A stretch of 43,360 nt of DNA from Candidatus Eiseniibacteriota bacterium (GTDB lineage: Bacteria; ARS69), in contig JBQTGV010000118.1 in NCBI GenBank assembly GCA_052390515.1, forward strand, positions 1 to 43,360, written 5' to 3'. Made by a program: the position numbers and the translations under genes. Positions 37,572 through 43,360 of this stretch are shown in pieces. Position 1 is the stretch's first letter. Every line of letters starts with the position of its first letter. Under the pieces are notes generated by a model that worked only from the letters and a program-made list of their open reading frames with translations, did no database searches and had not been told where the DNA came from.

Positions 37572-38041
37572 GTTCCCGCGACCTGTCGGACGCGGTAGGC
37601 GTGCGCCAGCACGTCCGCGACTCTCTGCACCTTGTCGACGCAGGATTCGCCGAACGCGTTCACGGTGTGGCTGTCGATGTCGATCTGCGCGAAGATACGG
37701 TCGCGGTCGCGGATCAGGATGACGAGCTCTGAGCGGGTCTCGGCGCTGCACGCCAGGTAGTTGGAGACCTCGCGAACGTCGGGGATGTTCAGGTTCCGCC
37801 TCTCGGCGATCGCCGTCCCGCACACTCCCTGACCGACGCCGATGAACACGTGATCGGTGGGCGCGCCGACGAACGGTCCGAGGCGAAGCGTGTTGTCGGG
37901 GAAGAGCTCGTAGATCCCGGTCCAGTCGAAGCAGGGCTCCATCTCGTGGAGCTCCTGGACCGCGGCCTCCAGGATCGCGGAGAACTCGTCGCCGCCCTCC
38001 ACCATGCGCTCGAGCTTCGCCACCAGCTCGTCGATCGTCAT
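37568..38041 (-). CDS. GAF-domain protein, free methionine-R-sulfoxide reductase (fRMsr/MsrC)-like
   Basis: WTGIY, LGPFVG, GVCGTA, YLACS..TRSELV and IDIDS motifs. Confidence 0.85.
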   Translation of the reverse strand: MTIDELVAKLERMVEGGDEFSAILEAAVQELHEMEPCFDWTGIYELFPDNTLRLGPFVGAPTDHVFIGVGQGVCGTAIAERRNLNIPDVREVSNYLACSAETRSELVILIRDRDRIFAQIDIDSHTVNAFGESCVDKVQRVADVLAHAYRVRQVAGT

Positions 38042-38133
38042 TCCTTCCTCCCCGGGGCGGAGGTCGGCAAAAGCCCGCCCGGATGCGCGGCGCGAGAGAT
38101 TCCTCGTTGTATCGACAGGCCCCCGGGAGGGGC

Positions 38134-38502
38134 TTAGCGGTCAGCCAGGCCGGACGGAGGCCCCTCGGAGAGCTCGTCCAGGATGGCCCTGGCGTGGCGG
38201 AGGTGGGGGATCACGATGGATCCGCCGACGATCAGGGCCACGTCGAAGGCCTCGGCGAACTCCGGCTCGGTGACGCCGGCCTTCCGACACTCGATGACGT
38301 GGTAGGTGATGCAGTCGTTGCAGCGCAACACCATGGAGGCGACGAGACCGAGCAGCTCCTTCGTCTTCGCGGGCAGCGCGCCGTCCCGGTAGACGGCGCC
38401 GTCCAGCTGGTAGAAGCGCTTCGTCTCGCGCGTCCCCTCGGCGAGGATCCGCTCGTTCATCGCCGTGCGGAACTCGCGGAACGCGTCGAGCTTCTTTCCC
38501 AC
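38134..38502 (-). CDS. Carboxymuconolactone decarboxylase / AhpD-like protein
   Basis: GALPAKTKELLGLVASMVLRCNDCITYH (CxxC) and VGGSIVIPH motifs. GGAG upstream of the GTG. Confidence 0.88.
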   Translation of the reverse strand: MGKKLDAFREFRTAMNERILAEGTRETKRFYQLDGAVYRDGALPAKTKELLGLVASMVLRCNDCITYHVIECRKAGVTEPEFAEAFDVALIVGGSIVIPHLRHARAILDELSEGPPSGLADR

Positions 38503-38538
38503 GGCTCCTCCCGGGCGGCGGCGTTCAGTGACGCGGCC

Positions 38539-39324
38539 TCAGCGCCAGAGCTCGTCGAGGAAACGGAGGCTCCGGAGCGCCGGCCGGCCGCCGTGATGGT
38601 ACTCCAGCACCGCCTCGAGCGCCGCGCGGGATTCGAGGATCGCGCCGGGCCCGGGAGCGCGCGCTCCGGACAGCGGCGCGGAGACTGAGCCGAAGAGCGA
38701 TGCCCGCAGGAAGTCGACCGTCTCCGGGCCGAGCCGCCGCCCGCCCTCGGCCGCGCGACAGCGCCGGCACAACAGCCCTCCCCGCCGCGCCGACAGCGAC
38801 GACGACCCGCCCAGGTCCGCGTTCCCGCAGGCCACGCAGCCGGTGAGCTCCGGCGCGATGCCCAGCGAGTCCATCAGCTTCATCTCGAAGGCCACCGGCA
38901 GGGCGACGGCGCGAAGCTCCTCGCCCCCGGGGAGCGGCGAGGTCTCGGCGAGCGCGGAGATCGCCTCGAGCAGCAGATCGAAGATCTCGGTGGAGGACGC
39001 GCCGTCGGGGACGATGCGGTCCACCAGCTCGGCGCACACGCCCGCGGCGGCGTACGTGAACACGTCGTGGGAGAGTCGGTCGAAGCTCGTGCGCAGCTCG
39101 CAGGCGTCGAGGAACACGAGCTGGCCGTGGGGACGCGCGCGGTAGCGGATGCGGCTCAGGTTGAACAGGTCGAGCCCCGCCCCGAAGCGGCTGCCCGGCT
39201 TGCGGCTGCCCTTCGCCAGCACCGCGACCTTGCCGCTGTCCCGCGCGAACAGCGTCACCACGTGGGAGGTGTCGCCTTGCTTCACGTGGCGGAGGACGAG
39301 TGCGTCGCTCTCGAACCAGGTCAC
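38539..39324 (-). CDS. recO: DNA repair protein RecO
   Basis: ALVLR...GDTSHVVTLF...GKV.VLAKG.RK OB-fold start, FEMKLM..LGIAPEL, and Zn finger CVAC...CRRC. Confidence 0.92.
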   Translation of the reverse strand: MTWFESDALVLRHVKQGDTSHVVTLFARDSGKVAVLAKGSRKPGSRFGAGLDLFNLSRIRYRARPHGQLVFLDACELRTSFDRLSHDVFTYAAAGVCAELVDRIVPDGASSTEIFDLLLEAISALAETSPLPGGEELRAVALPVAFEMKLMDSLGIAPELTGCVACGNADLGGSSSLSARRGGLLCRRCRAAEGGRRLGPETVDFLRASLFGSVSAPLSGARAPGPGAILESRAALEAVLEYHHGGRPALRSLRFLDELWR

Positions 39325-39325
39325 G

Positions 39326-40279
39326 TCAGAGGTCCGCCTCGCGGATCTCCAGGAAGTCGGCTCCCAGGAAGAGCCAGTGGATGTGCCGGCCGGAGGCGCG
39401 GACCGGCCGCCCGTAGATCACCAGCCGCGAAGCGACGACGCCGCGGTCGATGGACCGGAGGCGAAGATCGGTACGCTCCCCGGACGCCCGCACCACGCGG
39501 ACGGAGAGCTCGTGAGGGAGGAGCAGGTCGCCGTCGGAGTCGCTGCGCACGGTCTGGGCCGGGCGAAGGAGCACCGCGGCGGTCCCGTCGCCCACCGCGT
39601 CGAGGAACTCGCCGTCCTCCGGACCGGCCAACGGCGTCGACTTCGCCCGGTCGCGGAGCTCGACCGAGCCGTCGGGAAGCGGGATCGGTCGCGGGCCTTC
39701 GCCGAAGCCGATCCCGGAGACGGCGCGCACGATCTGGTCGGCGCTCGGGACCAGCCCGTCGCCCCGCGACCAGAGCGGGAAGGTCGCGCCCTCGGCCGGT
39801 GCGTACACCCCGGCGAGAGTGCCGTCGGTCACGACGCGCCACAGGTCCAGCATCTGGAAGTCCGCGCGGAGCCGCGGATTCGCGGAGGAGACGGGGGGCA
39901 GCGCGCGGCCGGTCGCGAGATCGAAGAGGAAGAGCTCGGCGGTGAAGCGGCCGTTCTCGGAAGGGCGCCCGGCGACCAGCAGGCTCCCCGAGGCCGCCAT
40001 GTCCTGGACTTCGGCCACGCCCGGACCGAAGGGGAAGTGGTGCAGGATGCGGTCGCCCTCCAGCACGAAGATGCCGTCGGACTCGGGGACGTGCAACGCC
40101 ACGCGACTCGTGCCGGGGATCACCGTGAACGGCGACGGCACGCGGATCGTGCCGCGCTCGTCGGGGTCGACGGTCACGGCGATGTGAGCCAGCGTGCGGC
40201 CTTCGAGGGGCGGGGCGGGGAAGGCCGGCGCCGCCGCGAGCGCGGGCAGGAGGAGGACGATCGGGAAGAGGGACCGCAT
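39326..40279 (-). CDS. Exported hypothetical protein, beta-rich (propeller-like)
   Basis: Signal peptide MRSLFPIVLLLPALAAAPAFP. Fills the gap between AmpG and recO. No recognisable family. Confidence 0.6.
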   Translation of the reverse strand: MRSLFPIVLLLPALAAAPAFPAPPLEGRTLAHIAVTVDPDERGTIRVPSPFTVIPGTSRVALHVPESDGIFVLEGDRILHHFPFGPGVAEVQDMAASGSLLVAGRPSENGRFTAELFLFDLATGRALPPVSSANPRLRADFQMLDLWRVVTDGTLAGVYAPAEGATFPLWSRGDGLVPSADQIVRAVSGIGFGEGPRPIPLPDGSVELRDRAKSTPLAGPEDGEFLDAVGDGTAAVLLRPAQTVRSDSDGDLLLPHELSVRVVRASGERTDLRLRSIDRGVVASRLVIYGRPVRASGRHIHWLFLGADFLEIREADL

Positions 40280-40326
40280 GGCCGGATGGTATGCCGGCAT
40301 GCCGGCCGGGACCAGAAGGCGGGCGC

Positions 40327-41562
40327 TCACTTCCGCCGCGCCACCCACGGCAGGAGCAGCATCCCCGGCACCCCGGCGGCGATGCTCCAGGCGAAGAACG
40401 CCGCGTAGCCGGCCCGCGCGACCAGAAAGCCGGTCGCCGCGCCGCCGATCGAGCCGGCCACGGCCACCAGGCTCGCGAGCAGCGCGTACTGCGTGGCGGA
40501 GTGCTTCGGGTTGCACAGGCTCATCAGGAAGGCGACGAATCCCGCGGCCACGAAGCCGCCGCAGAGGCTCTCCAGGGCGATCGCCGCGAGCAGCAGCGCC
40601 TTCGACGGCGGCTGCAGCGCCAGCACGCAGAAGCCCGCGTTGGACAGGGACTGCAGCACGCCGAACACGACGAGCGAGCGGAACAGCCCGAACCTCGCCA
40701 CGAAGGCGCCGCCGAGCAGCGCGCCCACGATCGTGATGGCGAAGCCGACGAACTGCCGGATCACGCCCACCTCGCCCGGCGAGAACTGCAGGTGCTGCAG
40801 CAGCAGCGGCATCGTCATGCGCGCGGCGAGCAGATCGGGCAGGCGGAAGAGCAGGATGAACACGAGCACGAGCGCCGCCCTCCGACCCTGGCGGCGGACG
40901 AAGTCCACGAAGGGGAGCGCCGCCGCCTCGGCCAGCGTTTGCGGCCGGGACACGGCCCGCGCCGGCTCGGGAGCGAACGCCGTCGCCGCCGTGCTCGCGA
41001 GCATGAGGACGCCCATGCAGGCGAATGCGGCCCGCCAGCCGACGTGCTGGGCCAGGAGCAAGGACAGCGCGCCCACCACCACCATCGCTGCGCGGTACCC
41101 GCTGACGAACACCGCGGCGCCCGCGCCCAGCTCCTCTTCCTCGACGACGTCGGCGCGGTAAGCGTCGGCGACGATGTCCTGGCTGGCGGAGAGCACGGCG
41201 AGGGCGACGCAGAGGATGGTGAGCGCCCGCAGCGAATCGGAAGGCCCTTCGGGACCGAGCGCCGCCAGCGCGAAGAGCGCCGCCCCCAGCGAGACCTGCA
41301 GCACTACCAGCCAGCCGCGCCTTCGCCCCAGCACCCGGGAGAACGCCGCCCAGCGGTCCATCGCCGGCGCCCACAGGAACTTGAGCGTGTACGGCAGCGT
41401 CACCAGGCTGAAGAGGCCGATCTTCGCCACGTCGACCTGGATGGCGGACAGCCACGCGCTCAGCGTGTCGTTGACCAGCACGTACGGCAGGCCGGACGCG
41501 AAGCCGATCCCGGCGAGCGCCGCCATCTTGCGCCGGCCGTAGACTCCGAAGAACGCGCTCAT
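40327..41562 (-). CDS. ampG: AmpG-family muropeptide MFS transporter
   Basis: GFASGLP, LPYTLKFLWAPAMD, GRRRGW, SASQDIVADAYR and ATQYALLAS motifs. ATG at 41562 (ATGA overlap). Confidence 0.88.
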   Translation of the reverse strand: MSAFFGVYGRRKMAALAGIGFASGLPYVLVNDTLSAWLSAIQVDVAKIGLFSLVTLPYTLKFLWAPAMDRWAAFSRVLGRRRGWLVVLQVSLGAALFALAALGPEGPSDSLRALTILCVALAVLSASQDIVADAYRADVVEEEELGAGAAVFVSGYRAAMVVVGALSLLLAQHVGWRAAFACMGVLMLASTAATAFAPEPARAVSRPQTLAEAAALPFVDFVRRQGRRAALVLVFILLFRLPDLLAARMTMPLLLQHLQFSPGEVGVIRQFVGFAITIVGALLGGAFVARFGLFRSLVVFGVLQSLSNAGFCVLALQPPSKALLLAAIALESLCGGFVAAGFVAFLMSLCNPKHSATQYALLASLVAVAGSIGGAATGFLVARAGYAAFFAWSIAAGVPGMLLLPWVARRK

Positions 41563-42824
41563 GCCGGTGCTGCTCCCGATCCGGAGGGCCGCCGGTAGAA
41601 GAACTCGAGCAGCGGCGTCGTCGCCAGCGTGGTCACGAGCGCCATGACCACGAGCATGGCGAAGAGCGCCGGCGAGAGCAGCCCCAGATCCAGCCCCACG
41701 TTCAGGACGATGAGCTCCATGAGACCCCGCGTGTTCATCAGGACGCCGAGCGCGACCGCCTCGCGCCAGCGGACGCCGGTGAGGCGTGCCGCCAGTGCAC
41801 ATCCGCCGAACTTCCCGGCGGAAGCGACGAGGATGATGATGGCGCAGATCAGCCAATCCCGCACTCCGCTCAGGAGCCCGATCTCCGTGCGCAGCCCGGT
41901 GAACGCGAAGAACGGCGGAAGCAGGAGCACCACGACCATGTCGTGCAGCTTCTCGTGGAGAGCGCGCGCCAGGCCGGAGGCGTGGGGCACCAGCGCGCCG
42001 AGCAGGAACGCGCCGAACAGCGCGTGGATGCCGATCAGCTCCGTGGCGAGCGAGGAGACGAGCAGCGCGACGCAGACGACGGCCATGGTTCCCTGGGTGA
42101 GCGTCCCGCGCGCCTCGTGCGTGCGGACCAGCCGCCGCGCCAGCGGCCGCACCAGCACGAGCATCGCCGTGATGTAGGCCACGGTGAGACCCGCGGTGAG
42201 CAGCGCTCCACCCGGCCGCGCGTGCACGAACCCCACCAGCAGCGCGAGCAGGCACCATGCGCTCACGTCGCCGACCGCGGCGCAGGCCAGCGCCATCGCG
42301 CCGAGCGGGGTCCGGTGCAGTCGCTGGTCGGTCAGGATTCGCGCGAGGACCGGAAACGCGGTGACCGACATCGAGACGCCCATGAACAGCGCGAAGATCG
42401 TGAGCGACGCGCCCGGGGCCGCGAAGCGCGGGTAGAGCCAGAAGGCGAGCGCGGCCCCGAGCAGGAAGGGAACGAGGATGCCCGCGTTGGACACGGCGAT
42501 GGTCTCACGCGTGCGTTGCCTGAGATGGCTCGTGTCGAGCTCGAGCCCCACGAGGAACATGTAGAGGATGATCCCGACCTGGGAGATCACCGCGAGGCTC
42601 GGCGCTACTGCCGGCGGAAAGACGTAGGCGTGGACCTCGGGAGCGACACGCCCCAGGAGCGATGGTCCGAGCAGGATGCCGGCGAGGACCTCGCCGATGA
42701 CCGGCGGCTGACCCAGGCGCCGGAACGCCGCGCCGACGAGCCGCGCGACGACGATGACCACGGTGAGCGCGAGCAGGATGTGCAGCAGGGAATCGCTCGC
42801 GGGTGGGGGAGCCGCAGGATCCAT
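41559..42824 (-). CDS. Cation:proton antiporter (CPA2, Kef-type membrane domain)
   Basis: QPPVIGEVLAGILLGPS, MFLVGLELD, SVTAFPVLARIL, FFAFTGLRT and MNTRGLMELIVLN motifs. Confidence 0.92.
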   Translation of the reverse strand: MDPAAPPPASDSLLHILLALTVVIVVARLVGAAFRRLGQPPVIGEVLAGILLGPSLLGRVAPEVHAYVFPPAVAPSLAVISQVGIILYMFLVGLELDTSHLRQRTRETIAVSNAGILVPFLLGAALAFWLYPRFAAPGASLTIFALFMGVSMSVTAFPVLARILTDQRLHRTPLGAMALACAAVGDVSAWCLLALLVGFVHARPGGALLTAGLTVAYITAMLVLVRPLARRLVRTHEARGTLTQGTMAVVCVALLVSSLATELIGIHALFGAFLLGALVPHASGLARALHEKLHDMVVVLLLPPFFAFTGLRTEIGLLSGVRDWLICAIIILVASAGKFGGCALAARLTGVRWREAVALGVLMNTRGLMELIVLNVGLDLGLLSPALFAMLVVMALVTTLATTPLLEFFYRRPSGSGAAPA

Positions 42825-42830
42825 CGCGGC

Positions 42831-42840
42831 ATTGTAGCAT
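42831..42840. promoter_or_regulatory. Overlapping -10 elements: minus TG-c-TACAAT (leaderless antiporter mRNA) and plus TAGCAT
   Basis: TACAAT at 42836-42831 lies 6 nt before the ATG at 42824 with no SD. TAGCAT at 42835-42840 is on the + strand. Confidence 0.5.
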
Positions 42841-42846
42841 CGAGCG

Positions 42847-43360
42847 GCGCGCGCGTCGCCAGCGGTTCGGCGGGCGAAGGAGGCCTCGGCGAACGCCGGT
42901 CACCACTCGCGAGAGGTGGCACTACCGGCGTCCCCGAGCTCGATCCGTCGCGCTTCGGAGAGCCCTTCCCTTTCGCTCCCCTGGTCACGAAATGGCCCGG
43001 CGGTCCCCGGAGTGGGGTAGGGACACCATCCCGCCGGCGGCGCAGGGTTCACCGGCCCGAAAGCCGATGAGTGGGACGGCGAAGGGGCGGTCAGCGTTTC
43101 CGAGGGTCTCGGCTCCACGACCGCCCCTCACCCCTTGCGCCATCCGGCGTTCCCCGGATGGAATCCTGTGCCGACCGGGTCCAGGTCGGGCCCGCCTCGC
43201 AGCGACGGACGCTGTGCTTTACGCAATCGACGTACCACTTCGCTGGTGCGCGGGGAACGGCGTCGAAACGTGTCGGAGAGGGGCTTCCCCGGCGTTTCGC
43301 CGCTCGCGCGGTGCGGAGGCCGAATCGCCGCGCCGCGGACCTGTCCAGCCGCCTGGACAC
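42847..43360 (+). ncRNA. Candidate large structured non-coding RNA (family not recognised; may continue beyond the window)
   Basis: No credible ORF. More than ten nested or adjacent helices of 5-10 bp, G-U pairs mostly on the + strand, and GCGA/GAAA-type loops. Confidence 0.5.

Noticed and set aside
43053-43085. Possible hammerhead ribozyme core (CCGATGAG, GAAA)
   Set aside because: The core needs CUGANGA followed by stem II and GAAA. Neither the sequence nor the order matches.
43039-43092. Resemblance to a c-di-GMP-I riboswitch (CGAAAG...GAGTGGGACG)
   Set aside because: The conserved GGCAAAC and GCAAAGC elements and the P2 pairing do not fit. A cmscan would settle it.
42900-43360. Short minus-strand ORFs 42900-43118 and 43091-43360 as genes
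   Set aside because: Low-complexity translations with no motifs. The region is better explained as structured non-coding sequence, although a gene entering from beyond the window cannot be fully excluded.

Overview
High-GC (about 70% by eye) bacterial chromosomal window, almost entirely coding and mostly on the minus strand. Many long ORFs in the track are shadow frames, so starts were reassigned from motifs and start/stop overlaps. In order: a partial TPR gene; a multi-pass membrane/TPR protein; an isocitrate/isopropylmalate dehydrogenase-family gene; four large acidic exported proteins (one with a T9SS/FlgD-like C-terminal domain, two lipoproteins with repeated Ig-like modules, one beta-propeller lipoprotein); a ~17 kb tightly coupled envelope-modification cluster (four AlkP-superfamily enzymes, three ArnT/PMT-like GT-C proteins of which two carry TPRs, YfhO, a DPM1-like GT2 and a degenerate PHP lipoprotein); glyS/glyQ; a divergent PTS-IIA / Zn-ribbon / eukaryote-type UGPase / DUF3810 block; a hybrid histidine kinase, GAF (fRMsr-like), AhpD-like and recO run; an exported unknown; AmpG; and a CPA2 antiporter. 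The last ~500 nt are non-coding and fold into a dense nested set of helices, a candidate large structured RNA truncated by the window edge. A 147-nt near-perfect hairpin lies at 16731-16877. The most interesting candidates are the structured RNA and a putative GT-C/TPR plus AlkP surface-protein glycosylation system next to possible substrates. An FCB-group origin is inferred, not shown. No tRNA, rRNA, CRISPR array or transposase was recognised.
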